A DNA stretch of 64,000 bases from Candidatus Thalassarchaeaceae archaeon. Its GTDB lineage: Archaea; Thermoplasmatota; Poseidoniia; Poseidoniales; Thalassarchaeaceae. The stretch spans positions 63,766 to 127,765 of the forward strand of contig CALSZZ010000005.1 of the NCBI GenBank assembly GCA_943841885.1, given 5' to 3'. The translations under genes and the position numbers were made by a program. The notes under the pieces were generated by a model. It made no database searches. It was not told where the DNA came from and saw only the letters and a program-made list of their open reading frames with translations. Below are positions 39,879-49,364 of this stretch, piece after piece; position 1 is the stretch's first letter, and each line of letters starts with the position of its first letter.

Positions 39879-41032
39879 AAAGTAAGTGGATTGAAATGGA
39901 AGAAGAAATAGTAGATGAAAAGGAACAAACCTTTGCCTCTGCTAATTATGGGGATGCTTTTCTAATGGTTACAGCAATTGTTACGATATTGGTAGCATTA
40001 CTGCTAATTTCAATATCACTTGTTTACCTATTGCCGGGTGTTGGTAATATAGGGTCTGCTGGACCATCGGGGGCATTAATAACCTGGGAAAATGAGTATA
40101 GAGAAATTACAGGGTTAGATGAAATTCAGGGCCTCGATGGAACAGGAGTAATATTGTGTATTGTAGATTCTGGGATAGATATGAAGCACCCCGGATTTGA
40201 AGGAATGGAAATATATGGTTGGAAAGATTTTGTTAATCAACAGTCTGAGCCTTATGATGATGAAGGCCATGGAACAGCGATGGCCGGAATAGTAGTTTCA
40301 AATAACGGCCTAATGGGCAATGCTCCGGGAGTATCACTATTAGTTGCCAAAGCGATTAGTAGTGAAGGCACTGGTAGTGATCAGATGATATCAGAATCCG
40401 TTGACTGGTGTGTAATTAATAATGCAGATATAATCTCGTTGAGCTTAGGAGGGGCGCAAGGTTTTGGTTCAGGGATATTTACTACTGATTCATTGGAACG
40501 GTCAGTAGAGCAAGCCCTAGATCAGGGCATCTATGTTGTTGCTGCAGCAGGAAATGATGGAGAAGATGATGACGGAGATGTGGAGTCGCCCGGTTCCGTT
40601 GAAGATGTAATTTGTGTTGGAGGAATAACTAGAAATGGACAAGTTTGGAAGGGTAGTTCGGTGGGTGACAATAATGGTAGATTATGGCCTAATCCAATTT
40701 TACCAAGAAATAATCCAGATATGAAACCTGAAGTAGTAGGACCGGCTCAAGAAGTTCCAATACTTATGGCTAGCGGAATAAGTAATGAGAACTGGTGGGG
40801 ATGGTCTAGTGGCACTTCAGCAGCAACAGCATGGATTTCAGGTTCTTTGGCATTATTATTAGAAAATAATCCTGAACTTCAACATGAAAATTCCCAAGGT
40901 AGAGACAGTATAAATGAAGTTAAAGATCTTATAATGTTTAATTCAGAAATGCAAGAAGGACAAACTGAGCATGACGATTATTATGGATATGGAATATTTA
41001 GAATAGATGTATTAATTGATGCCAAGAGTTAG
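39872..41032 (+). CDS. membrane-anchored subtilisin-like (S8) serine protease
   Basis: N-terminal TM. Catalytic motifs are CIVDSGIDMKHPGF (Asp), GHGTAMAGIV (Ser-protease His) and SGTSAATAWISG (Ser). 386 aa. Confidence 0.85.
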   Translation: MVKSKWIEMEEEIVDEKEQTFASANYGDAFLMVTAIVTILVALLLISISLVYLLPGVGNIGSAGPSGALITWENEYREITGLDEIQGLDGTGVILCIVDSGIDMKHPGFEGMEIYGWKDFVNQQSEPYDDEGHGTAMAGIVVSNNGLMGNAPGVSLLVAKAISSEGTGSDQMISESVDWCVINNADIISLSLGGAQGFGSGIFTTDSLERSVEQALDQGIYVVAAAGNDGEDDDGDVESPGSVEDVICVGGITRNGQVWKGSSVGDNNGRLWPNPILPRNNPDMKPEVVGPAQEVPILMASGISNENWWGWSSGTSAATAWISGSLALLLENNPELQHENSQGRDSINEVKDLIMFNSEMQEGQTEHDDYYGYGIFRIDVLIDAKS

Positions 41033-41072
41033 TTTAAATGGAAAATATTTCAAATAATATTCTGAAAAAATA

Positions 41073-41855
41073 CTAATCAGACCGCCTTAGGATAGCTAAT
41101 GAACCACCATTTAGCTCTATAAAACTCAGTGAATTTTTTTTACTAAAACCAGTAATTGCTTTAATCCACTTATTAAAATATAATACTTTTTCTTGAGCTT
41201 TTGTGATTTCCATATCGTCATTTATTTCTCCAACATCTCCAGTAGGAACTTCTGGTTCTTTGATAATTATTATTCCCCCTGGTGATAGTAAATCAAAAGA
41301 GGAAATTAAGGCATCGATGCGTTCATTTTCAGGTAAATCTATTATAATAAGGTCGACAGGTAAAGGCATCAAAGAAAAAGGGGTAATATCAGAAGTTGCA
41401 GCATTGGACGCAAACCAAGAAGTACTTTCAGCAGATATTTCATTCCATGGTTTAACAATAACTTTAGACCACGAATCTGCCTCATAACGAGTAATTAATC
41501 GATTTAATATAATCCCAAATTTCCCTCCTTCTTCAATTATTGTAAAAGATTCTGGAGATGAAGCATTAGATTTTTCATTAGAACACCATAAATCGAAAAG
41601 CCATGCTGAAAGATGGCCAATACCACCTCCAACTAATATAACATTTTTAGCAGGTATCCTAGAACATATATCTCTTATCCTAGCACGAATGGTCCTTGAC
41701 AAAGGCCTGAGTCCCATATGAATCATCTGTTCGCCTATATTTGCAGCTATTTCAGGTTCATCAGAAGTCATATATTCGTCTTCTGAAAGTAGCATTTCGA
41801 ACATTTCACGTTCTGACATCTGTGGCAGACCAAAACCTTCTCCGGGCTCATTCAT
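41073..41855 (-). CDS. class I SAM-dependent methyltransferase-like protein
   Basis: Rossmann-type VILVGGGIGHLSAW glycine motif and later DLIIIDLP and LLSPGGIIII segments, resembling O-methyltransferase family 3 layout. Substrate unknown. Confidence 0.5.
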   Translation of the reverse strand: MNEPGEGFGLPQMSEREMFEMLLSEDEYMTSDEPEIAANIGEQMIHMGLRPLSRTIRARIRDICSRIPAKNVILVGGGIGHLSAWLFDLWCSNEKSNASSPESFTIIEEGGKFGIILNRLITRYEADSWSKVIVKPWNEISAESTSWFASNAATSDITPFSLMPLPVDLIIIDLPENERIDALISSFDLLSPGGIIIIKEPEVPTGDVGEINDDMEITKAQEKVLYFNKWIKAITGFSKKNSLSFIELNGGSLAILRRSD

Positions 41856-41930
41856 GTTATCCGCTCGGAATTCAACTATTCAATTAATTCATTGGATGGT
41901 TTGAATAGAAGTAGGTCTTGCGAAAAGAGA

Positions 41931-42536
41931 ATGGTGTTTGAAGATAACAAAAATGATGATGCTGAAATTTTTGATGTTTCGGAATGTCCGCAATGCGTAG
42001 ATATTACAGAACACGATATTTTAAAAAGGACAAATAAAGGTGATGGAGAGGATATTTTAGCAAAATGTTCGGAATGTGGTTATGTTCATTTAATCGAATT
42101 AAGACCGCCTAATCCAGTATTTCTTAATACAACATTTTCTGAAGGTAAGAAGAGTTTCGCAGGTTTAGTTGAAGTCGATAATGACGAAGTGATATCAGTA
42201 GGAGATATTTTTCAGTATGAAAATTCAGATTGGACAGTAACAAGAATAGATAATGAAATATCAAAACCATTCAAAAAATTAGAGGCATCTAAAATATATG
42301 CAATGTGGGCAGTACGTGTAGATAAAAAAATAATAAAAATTACAATGACTGAGGCAGATATCAGTATCCCATCTAGCATAGAGAGCCCACCTGATCGAAT
42401 ATTTTCTTGTGGTACGATAATAGAAATTGATGGACAAAAATGGAGAATTAGGGCCATCCACACTGGTAAAGGGCGTACCCTTAGAGGAAAAAGAGAGGCA
42501 TCAGAGATAAAAAGAATGTATTTACATTCTATATAA
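41931..42536 (+). CDS. zinc-ribbon protein with duplicated small beta-domain (hypothetical)
   Basis: CPQC...CSECGYVH ribbon followed by two similar segments (VGDIFQYENSDWTVTRID and CGTIIEIDGQKWRIRAIH). ATG at 41931; the ORF track begins at a TTG at 41892. Confidence 0.5.
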   Translation: MVFEDNKNDDAEIFDVSECPQCVDITEHDILKRTNKGDGEDILAKCSECGYVHLIELRPPNPVFLNTTFSEGKKSFAGLVEVDNDEVISVGDIFQYENSDWTVTRIDNEISKPFKKLEASKIYAMWAVRVDKKIIKITMTEADISIPSSIESPPDRIFSCGTIIEIDGQKWRIRAIHTGKGRTLRGKREASEIKRMYLHSI

Positions 42537-43511
42537 TTATCTTCTGTTAGTCCAAGGTAAAAAGAATGCTTTAGCTACATGCATAGCAATTTCAGGGTTT
42601 TCTCTTAATCGGCGCATACTATATTCATACCAACGTGAACCATATGGCAAGTAAATACGAGTCAGATGACCATCAGAAGATAATTTTCGCCTCTCATCCC
42701 CTCTAACTCCTAAGAGAAATTGAAATTCATAACCGTTTCCTTTACCATTTCTATTACTCCCAGAGTTTTCTCTAGGATCGTCTTTTCCTGCACCCATTTG
42801 AATTCTTGCCAAAGAATCTAGTGAATGATTTATCACAGAAGTATCATGAGATGCAATTGCAACATAAGCACCTTTTTTCAGCATAGAATCTATAGACAAA
42901 TTAGTTGCTTCTACTATATCTTGATAATCTGTAAATGCTATGTCGTTGGACTCCAAATAAATGCCCTTACAAATCCTAAAGTCAGCGTTAGGCCCTAATT
43001 TTGTACAGATATTATTTATATCTTCAGGAGTCCGAAATAATCTTGCTTGAAGAACCGTACCTACATTTTTGTACCCTCTACTGTGCATTTCATAGATTAA
43101 ATCTATAGTGGGCTGAGTTACACGGGTATCTTCCATATCTAATCGGACGAAGATATTACTTAACTCGGCCTTTTTTAGAAGATTTGATAGATTTTCTTGT
43201 GCTTTATGTTCATCTAGTAGCAAACCTAAAGCCGTTGGTTTAATTGATATATTAGCATCTATATTATTCTCAATTATTAAGTCCAAAAGATTGTTATATT
43301 CATTGATAAAGTAGGATGCTTCGGAAATACTATTTATTTCTTCACCTAGTACATCTACTGTAAAACAAGTATTCTCAGATTTCATAGACTCCATAACTTT
43401 AATTGCATCACTAAGATTCTCCCCTGCTACATATCGCTTTGAAATCCACCTAACAAAAAACTTTGGCATCAAAGGTAAGAATAAGACAATACTACGCCCG
43501 ACAAACCTCAT
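42537..43511 (-). CDS. proline dehydrogenase (monofunctional PutA-like)
   Basis: TIM-barrel PRODH pattern with ICKGIY, LLGVRG and the C-terminal YLPYGSRWYEYSMRRLRENPEIA motif (vPyG..w..Y..RRl.Erp.N). Confidence 0.75.
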   Translation of the reverse strand: MRFVGRSIVLFLPLMPKFFVRWISKRYVAGENLSDAIKVMESMKSENTCFTVDVLGEEINSISEASYFINEYNNLLDLIIENNIDANISIKPTALGLLLDEHKAQENLSNLLKKAELSNIFVRLDMEDTRVTQPTIDLIYEMHSRGYKNVGTVLQARLFRTPEDINNICTKLGPNADFRICKGIYLESNDIAFTDYQDIVEATNLSIDSMLKKGAYVAIASHDTSVINHSLDSLARIQMGAGKDDPRENSGSNRNGKGNGYEFQFLLGVRGDERRKLSSDGHLTRIYLPYGSRWYEYSMRRLRENPEIAMHVAKAFFLPWTNRR

Positions 43512-43516
43512 TACTA

Positions 43517-44488
43517 CTAGCCAGAGACGTTAGAACTTTTATGCTTGTGGAGAGACATTATTTCTTTACCTCTATATACTGGAATTTTTCTATCATTCAA
43601 ATAAGATATTATCATATTTCTTTGCCAACCTTTGAATGATTTTCTATCTAAATGAGCAAAAATATCCCCTCCTGGAAAAGAAATTCTTGTAGCATTTAAA
43701 GCCGCATCTATCGCTTCTTTCCATTGATCGGATATTTCCTCTTTTTTTTCTTTAAAATCAAAAATTATAGAATAGTTAGCCAAAATATGACCAACCCAAA
43801 TCTCAGTCTGTGATATTATTGATTGGTGCCTAGGTGCATAATGTCCGCCTCCTAATCCCAGCATTACACTACCATTTCCTTCCCATACCCCCAATGGTTC
43901 CTGCCCCTCTAGCCCTAGGCAACGAGATATTGTTAATGCCCAGACATTAGCAACATCTTTACGTATCCATTGTGAATGAGTCGAGCCGATTTCTAGGTAT
44001 GCGGTTGGTTTTGTGAGTGAAGGACCATGATGAGTTGATTCAATAGTTATATCAAACTCAGAATCTAAGCCTTTTTCTGAAGAAATATCACATAATGTTC
44101 TAAAAAGTGTCCCAAAACGAGGAGATGGAGGTACTACATGGCCCTTATGACCTCCATATTGTCCTATTTCACCCAGAGGTTTTTGACCTGGTAGACCAAT
44201 AAAATGAATTGCCAATGCAGGTATTTTTGATTTTGACGCATGCTTTGATAAAACTAAAACCTCATCCACTTGTACATTTTTCACTTCTTCATGTATAACA
44301 TCTATCCCGTCTGCAAAAATATGATGGATATCATTTATCATCAAAAGATGGGCTTTGTTAGAAAAATGCTCGTGTACAATGCCGTGAGCCATTTCAGTTC
44401 CTTTATGCCAAATAGAATTATCTAAAATTGCATGATATAGATTCAAGGATGCTGGGTCTTCGGAAGAAGCCAGTAACAATGTAACCAT
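43517..44488 (-). CDS. dtdA: D-aminoacyl-tRNA deacylase, archaeal DtdA (DTD2) type
   Basis: MVTLLLASSEDPASLN N-terminus, IESTHHGPSLTKPTAYLEIGS motif and GGGHYAPR motif. The start was set at Met17 of the longest ORF (44536). Confidence 0.75.
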   Translation of the reverse strand: MVTLLLASSEDPASLNLYHAILDNSIWHKGTEMAHGIVHEHFSNKAHLLMINDIHHIFADGIDVIHEEVKNVQVDEVLVLSKHASKSKIPALAIHFIGLPGQKPLGEIGQYGGHKGHVVPPSPRFGTLFRTLCDISSEKGLDSEFDITIESTHHGPSLTKPTAYLEIGSTHSQWIRKDVANVWALTISRCLGLEGQEPLGVWEGNGSVMLGLGGGHYAPRHQSIISQTEIWVGHILANYSIIFDFKEKKEEISDQWKEAIDAALNATRISFPGGDIFAHLDRKSFKGWQRNMIISYLNDRKIPVYRGKEIMSLHKHKSSNVSG

Positions 44489-44563
44489 GATATCCGAAAT
44501 ACGTATAGGATTCAAACTTGACGGACACACATTCAAACATAAAGACTCAATCCTGAAGTTAAG

Positions 44564-45475
44564 ATGACACTAAACTTCACACCTTCAATGGTAAATATGA
44601 ATGGTGAAAGCATCATTATAATTGGTAGTTCAGGAGAACTAGTTAAAATGAATTCTGATTATAAACAAATAGGTCAACAGACAAAACCTTTTCCTACATC
44701 AATAATGTCCGGAGTTTTATTTGATGAAATATGGATAGGAATATGGATAGATAGGGAATTACAAGATGTGAGGATGGCCGGAATTCCTCTAAAAATAGAT
44801 TGGGAAGATGGAATAGGAAGAGACGCATTGAGAGTTTCCTCAACCAATAATGATTTAGATATAATTCCAAAAAATGCAATATGGCAAAAAATACTAAACT
44901 CTGAGCCAATGGGATTAGGGAAAATTGGAGAAAATATTGTATTTACGACCATAAATAAAGGAATTTACATGATAGACCAAAAAGGAGAAGAGATATGGAG
45001 AGATTATTATCCAACATGGAGAGGTTTAGATATAGCGCCAGAAATGAATCCAATAGTTTCCATAATCGAAAATGATAATGGAATGGTGATATGGTCTGCA
45101 GCAGGAGGAATAATGGAATTAGACCATGAAAGAACTATGAAAAGAAGTAATATCATTAAACTAAAAGATAAAATATCTAATGTAAAATATTCTAAAGAGG
45201 GTGGTTGGTTTCTAATGATGCATGGTAAAACAATTGGAATTATGCGCGATATAGATACTAAACCTTTGTTCATCGAAACTCCCGGGCCTGTTTTAGATGC
45301 CTATTTTGACTCTACTGAAAACTCCTGGAAATGGACGGGTTGGAGGCATGATGGTAAATCACAAATAGAAAATAATATTTTCTCCTTTAAAAGCAGGGAA
45401 AATATTGGAGTGCATATTTCAAATTCTAAGGTACTAAATAATGACGGCAAGTGGGAAGATTATTCTTCCTCGTAA
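44564..45475 (+). CDS. hypothetical protein, possibly beta-propeller (PQQ-like repeats)
   Basis: 303-aa ORF with recurring G-x-I/V-x-x-x-D...G...W segments (GIYMIDQKGEEIW, GMVIWSAAGGIM). No catalytic motif recognised. Confidence 0.5.
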   Translation: MTLNFTPSMVNMNGESIIIIGSSGELVKMNSDYKQIGQQTKPFPTSIMSGVLFDEIWIGIWIDRELQDVRMAGIPLKIDWEDGIGRDALRVSSTNNDLDIIPKNAIWQKILNSEPMGLGKIGENIVFTTINKGIYMIDQKGEEIWRDYYPTWRGLDIAPEMNPIVSIIENDNGMVIWSAAGGIMELDHERTMKRSNIIKLKDKISNVKYSKEGGWFLMMHGKTIGIMRDIDTKPLFIETPGPVLDAYFDSTENSWKWTGWRHDGKSQIENNIFSFKSRENIGVHISNSKVLNNDGKWEDYSSS

Positions 45476-45660
45476 ATACTTCTCTCAATCTTTGGAGGAT
45501 CGGAATAGCCACATTTTCCACAAACTTTTCGATCGTTGTGAATCCCCAAAAAAACGCCTGGACCACATATAGGACAAAAAATTCCCTTGCGGACTAGAGT
45601 ATCTCCTTCTACTGAATATTTTGTGTGCTTGGCTTGGGGATTTGGACTTCCATCAGGCAT
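45460..45660 (-). CDS. rps27ae: ribosomal protein eS31 (S27ae)
   Basis: 66 aa with CPICGPGVFLGIH...CGKCGY zinc ribbon. Overlaps the S24e stop by 1 nt (TAATG). Confidence 0.85.
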   Translation of the reverse strand: MPDGSPNPQAKHTKYSVEGDTLVRKGIFCPICGPGVFLGIHNDRKVCGKCGYSDPPKIERSIYEEE

Positions 45661-45959
45661 TATTCATCTCCTCCATCAGATTCTTCAGTTATTTTATGTC
45701 TTGATTTGATAAAGTCTGGTTCTAAACTAGCATCATTTTCAGAATCATAGATCAAAGCTAAACCTGTAGTTCGAGGCATACCAAATCGGGTATTAACATT
45801 CTTGATAAAAATTAATTCCCTTTTTGAACCTGGTTCTAGTTTCATAACCATATCTATCATTTCGGATAGAGATGGAGTTGGAGCGTCGGCATGATTCAAA
45901 GTAAAGTTTATTTCCACTCTATTTAGTAAATGATTTTCTTTTCTCTTAATTATTTCCAA
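45660..45959 (-). CDS. rps24e: ribosomal protein eS24 (S24e)
   Basis: MEIIKRKENHLLNRVEINFTLNH...TPS N-terminus typical of S24e, 99 aa, conserved cluster position. Confidence 0.85.
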   Translation of the reverse strand: MEIIKRKENHLLNRVEINFTLNHADAPTPSLSEMIDMVMKLEPGSKRELIFIKNVNTRFGMPRTTGLALIYDSENDASLEPDFIKSRHKITEESDGGDE

Positions 45960-45970
45960 ATTATCATCTC

Positions 45971-46174
45971 CTAACGAATATTAACCTTTAATGCGTAATT
46001 TCCTGGTGCTGAAACATTGAGTCTTTTTGCTATTTCAGATCGAGAAGGGTGAAGAATGACGACAAATCCTTGCCAATCTGTGGTAACTGGTGCATTTGGA
46101 CAATGATTACACTGAGAAATACCATCATCCAAAATCCTATTACATTCACCACATGCAAATGGTACTTTTACCAT
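45971..46174 (-). CDS. spt4: transcription elongation factor Spt4 (RpoE'')
   Basis: 67 aa with CGEC...CNHCP zinc ribbon followed by W.G.V.I..P..SEIAKRL, immediately downstream of rpoE'. Confidence 0.8.
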   Translation of the reverse strand: MVKVPFACGECNRILDDGISQCNHCPNAPVTTDWQGFVVILHPSRSEIAKRLNVSAPGNYALKVNIR

Positions 46175-46176
46175 TT

Positions 46177-46725
46177 TTAATCACTCTCAGATAACCAATC
46201 GAAACAACCCAATCCGTCCATTTTACAATTAAGTCCAATCTTACTAGAACGAGGGTCATTTTGATTTATTGCTTTAGAAACTATTCTGGACCTTACAAAG
46301 GAACCTTCAGTCAGTGCCTTACCAGTTTGTGAACCTTCTATTCTACGTATGCCAAGATTAACCTGAATTGGTTCATCAAGAATCTGAGATTTATGTAATA
46401 GCGCCTCTATAGGGCCAATTCTAACGAACGCCCCATATTCTGAGACTTCCGAAACTGCACCATCTACTACTTCATTATTTTCCATAGTAAAGACTAACGC
46501 AGTAAATTTAACACTTTGATATATTGCCCCATCGCCATGTATTATTTTACCTCTTCCAACAGCTTCATGATTGAAAGTAACGAGAGTGTAATGCTCATTT
46601 TCGTCAAATCTACCCTCAAAGGCTTCATGTGCCAGTTCATCAATATGTTCTTCTAATTTACGACCACGGCGAATATATTCCGCCGGTATACGTATAGTAT
46701 CTTCTCTAGTAACAATCCTATACAT
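46177..46725 (-). CDS. rpoE: DNA-directed RNA polymerase subunit E' (Rpo7)
   Basis: MYRIVTREDTIRIPAEY N-terminus and S1 domain (VVDGAVSEVSEYGAFVRIGPIEALLH). The start was set at Met26 of the longest ORF (46800). Confidence 0.85.
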   Translation of the reverse strand: MYRIVTREDTIRIPAEYIRRGRKLEEHIDELAHEAFEGRFDENEHYTLVTFNHEAVGRGKIIHGDGAIYQSVKFTALVFTMENNEVVDGAVSEVSEYGAFVRIGPIEALLHKSQILDEPIQVNLGIRRIEGSQTGKALTEGSFVRSRIVSKAINQNDPRSSKIGLNCKMDGLGCFDWLSESD

Positions 46726-46970
46726 TTTTTTCAACCTCAAAATCAGCCCCATCCTCAGATTTGTAAGAAAGGAACAGAGGAAAATCCTCTCGTCCCTCAT
46801 CGGCTACGCCTCTAGAGGAGAGGTCAATTGGACTCCGCGACCGGCACATCTCGTATAAGCGCAACGGCCAATAATACTTCTTGGCATTTTGAATAGTGTG
46901 TGCAGATCTAAGCATTAGTGTACGTTTAGTGCGAATGTTCAAGAAGATTCCCTAGACATGTTATTTTCTA

Positions 46971-47765
46971 ATGGTAGCGGGTCTTTTGTCCAAACAATCC
47001 GGCGGCAACCGGAAAGCATCAATTACCATTGGCATAATAATCATGCTTGTGATTACTCCATTAGTGAGTATCCACAGTAATATAGACTCAGTGACAAATA
47101 TCAAAATTAAGTCCGACACCTCAGATGGGGCTACTGAAGTATGGACGGATGGAGAACAACCATGGCCTCAATTTGGGAGAACTAGTGATAGAATTAGCGA
47201 TGCTCCCTTACATAGTCCAACTGGAGGCGCAGGATTTGATTCGCCATCAAATGCCACTGAATTAATGTCAATAGTTAGTCCAGAAATAAATTGGCAATAC
47301 GAAGGATATGATATTGGCACTGATTCATTAGGAACTCCAATAGCGAATTTAGAAAATTCAATTACAAAAAGTGTAGAAGCAGAAGAAAGATGTGGAAAAT
47401 CATCACTATTTACAATCCTGATACAAACTGAAGATAATTCAGGAACAGATCACAGTATTCTAAAAATAATAGAAGGAGAAGATGCGGATGTTGCTTGGCA
47501 AGTTGATTTGGGCCCTACTAAAAAGATAAAAACATCACCAGTGATTGTAGATATTGATGATGATGGCAAACAAGAAATTATACTGGCCTATGATGCAGGA
47601 AATTCAGTTTTTGTTGAGGTTTATGCACCTCGTTTGACTTGCTCAGTTACTGGATGGACAGTGAATGGTCATTCATCAGAGTTATTGTGGACATGGAATG
47701 ATGAGAATCTTAGAATAACTAGTGATGAAGGGCCTTACACAAGTAATTTATTTGGAGGCCCATAA
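46971..47765 (+). CDS. fragment 1 of the disrupted adhesin: signal anchor plus first FG-GAP-like blade
   Basis: TM ITIGIIIMLVITPLVSI, then SPVIVDIDDDGKQEIILAYD. Ends at a stop that the +1 frame reads through. Confidence 0.5.
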   Translation: MVAGLLSKQSGGNRKASITIGIIIMLVITPLVSIHSNIDSVTNIKIKSDTSDGATEVWTDGEQPWPQFGRTSDRISDAPLHSPTGGAGFDSPSNATELMSIVSPEINWQYEGYDIGTDSLGTPIANLENSITKSVEAEERCGKSSLFTILIQTEDNSGTDHSILKIIEGEDADVAWQVDLGPTKKIKTSPVIVDIDDDGKQEIILAYDAGNSVFVEVYAPRLTCSVTGWTVNGHSSELLWTWNDENLRITSDEGPYTSNLFGGP

Positions 47766-48318
47766 TCCTACTACTCAATTATTACTTGCTGATTTGGATT
47801 TGGATGGCGATGCAGAATTGGTTCTTTCACTAATAGATAAGATTTCGGAAGACCCCGTAGTTTTAGCGCTTCCCTTACCAGCAACTAATGTCCCGAGTCC
47901 TATTTGGCAAGTTAGTTTAGATAAGGGAAGTCATCCCTCGGATCCTGCATTTGCTCAAACCGATGATTCAACAGGATATGTATTACTTACTACAATAGAG
48001 GCTAACAGTGGAAGTATGTGGGTTTGGAAAATAGAATCGGATACTGGAGATTCTAGTTGGGATGGAGGATTGAATCTAAATAATCTTGATGGGGACAATG
48101 ATGTACCTCATATTAGACTTCCAGGTCCAATTATCACTAATCTAGATTCCGACGATGTCCCGGAGATGATTATTACAATACCTACTGATGCTGACGGATC
48201 TGCAAGTGCAGATGGTGCGGAATATAGAGGTTTAGAGATTAGTGATGGAGATGAAATTTGGAGTTTTAATGCTCGGAAATGGTTATGCCGATGCGCCTCC
48301 GACGTCTTTAGATACTGA
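47722..48318 (+). CDS. fragment 2: FG-GAP-like blades
   Basis: LLLADLDLDGDAELVLS and GPIITNLDSDDVPEMIITIP. Confidence 0.5.
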   Translation: MMKGLTQVIYLEAHNPTTQLLLADLDLDGDAELVLSLIDKISEDPVVLALPLPATNVPSPIWQVSLDKGSHPSDPAFAQTDDSTGYVLLTTIEANSGSMWVWKIESDTGDSSWDGGLNLNNLDGDNDVPHIRLPGPIITNLDSDDVPEMIITIPTDADGSASADGAEYRGLEISDGDEIWSFNARKWLCRCASDVFRY

Positions 48319-48766
48319 TGATGATGGCATATTTGACAGAGTTTGTTGGGTGACATGGTGGCAAACCACTACAGCTAGGCATGGTGAAGTTGGATGTCAT
48401 GATGTTAGTGGGACCTTTCCAAACCAAATTTGGAATAGAGACTTAGAACAAAGTAGCGGCACTCCGAATGATGAAATAGCAGTTAGTTCAGTAGTCGGAA
48501 TGGACCTAGATGGAGAAGACATACAGGATATATTAGTTGCTTTCGGGAGATCTTTATGGGCTTTTGATGGCGAACAGGGCACCTCATCAGCCATAAATAC
48601 GGAATGGTCAAATGAAATCAATCTTGATTACAGGACATGGTCATCTCCTTCTTTAGCAGATATAGATGGAGATGCAACTCTAGATTTAGTAATAGGTAAT
48701 ATGGTAATTTCAACAAGTAAATCTGACATTAGACCACTAGTAGATGGTCGAAAGCATAGAATTTAA
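48242..48766 (+). CDS. fragment 3: FG-GAP-like blades
   Basis: APPTSLDTDDDGIFDRV, VVGMDLDGEDIQDILVAFG and SPSLADIDGDATLDLVIGN. Confidence 0.5.
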   Translation: MMEMKFGVLMLGNGYADAPPTSLDTDDDGIFDRVCWVTWWQTTTARHGEVGCHDVSGTFPNQIWNRDLEQSSGTPNDEIAVSSVVGMDLDGEDIQDILVAFGRSLWAFDGEQGTSSAINTEWSNEINLDYRTWSSPSLADIDGDATLDLVIGNMVISTSKSDIRPLVDGRKHRI

Positions 48767-49364
48767 CCCCAGTGCACCTGAACCAGGAGAAGTTGTTACA
48801 GTTACGGCTTTCTTTGAAAATGCAGGTACAACAGAAACAGAAGAGGGAGTAGATGCGGTACTATATGCCGATGGGAGTGAAATCGGAAGATATCGGTCAG
48901 ACAATATGCAACCTATCAATCCTACCAATTCAGGAACATTTGAAAGTTTTGATGTAGAATGGACTGGTGATTTGGGAGAGCATGAATTTGAACTAAAACT
49001 AGATCCATACCGAAATATTTCTCAAACGCGATATGATAATGACGTGCAGAAAAAAATATTATCAATTGTTCCTACATATAATGCCACTTTTGAGATTTCT
49101 ACAGATCCCCTTAGAGTCGACCCAGGTGAAAGTGCTGTTAGCAAACCAACTGTAAGATCGACAGGTAGACTTGCAGGAACATGGAGTTTGGAGATAGATT
49201 CTACTAATCTTCCTGAAGGATGGAGTTGGAGTGTAGATTCCAATAGCATAACAGGAGTTGAAATTGCAGTGGGCGAATCTTGGAATCCTGAAATAACTAT
49301 AATTGCACCGAGCACGGCGTTGGGTTCAGATTCAGCGATTTTTAATTTTAGAGCTATTTCTTGA
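48744..49364 (+). CDS. fragment 4: CARDB-like module
   Basis: FNPSAPEPGEVVTVTAFFENAGTTE...VLYADGSEIG. Confidence 0.5.
   Translation: MVESIEFNPSAPEPGEVVTVTAFFENAGTTETEEGVDAVLYADGSEIGRYRSDNMQPINPTNSGTFESFDVEWTGDLGEHEFELKLDPYRNISQTRYDNDVQKKILSIVPTYNATFEISTDPLRVDPGESAVSKPTVRSTGRLAGTWSLEIDSTNLPEGWSWSVDSNSITGVEIAVGESWNPEITIIAPSTALGSDSAIFNFRAIS

Noticed and set aside
46780-46870. Possible tRNA or C/D-box sRNA in the GC-rich block upstream of rpoE'
   Set aside because: I could not fold a cloverleaf on either strand. The only box-like elements (CGAUGAG, CUGA) deviate from the RUGAUGA/CUGA consensus, and no C'/D' pair is evident.
46718-46942. 74-aa minus-strand ORF upstream of rpoE'
   Set aside because: It overlaps the rpoE' start region and the GC-rich leader and has no motif. 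The region is better treated as a 5' leader (see finding).
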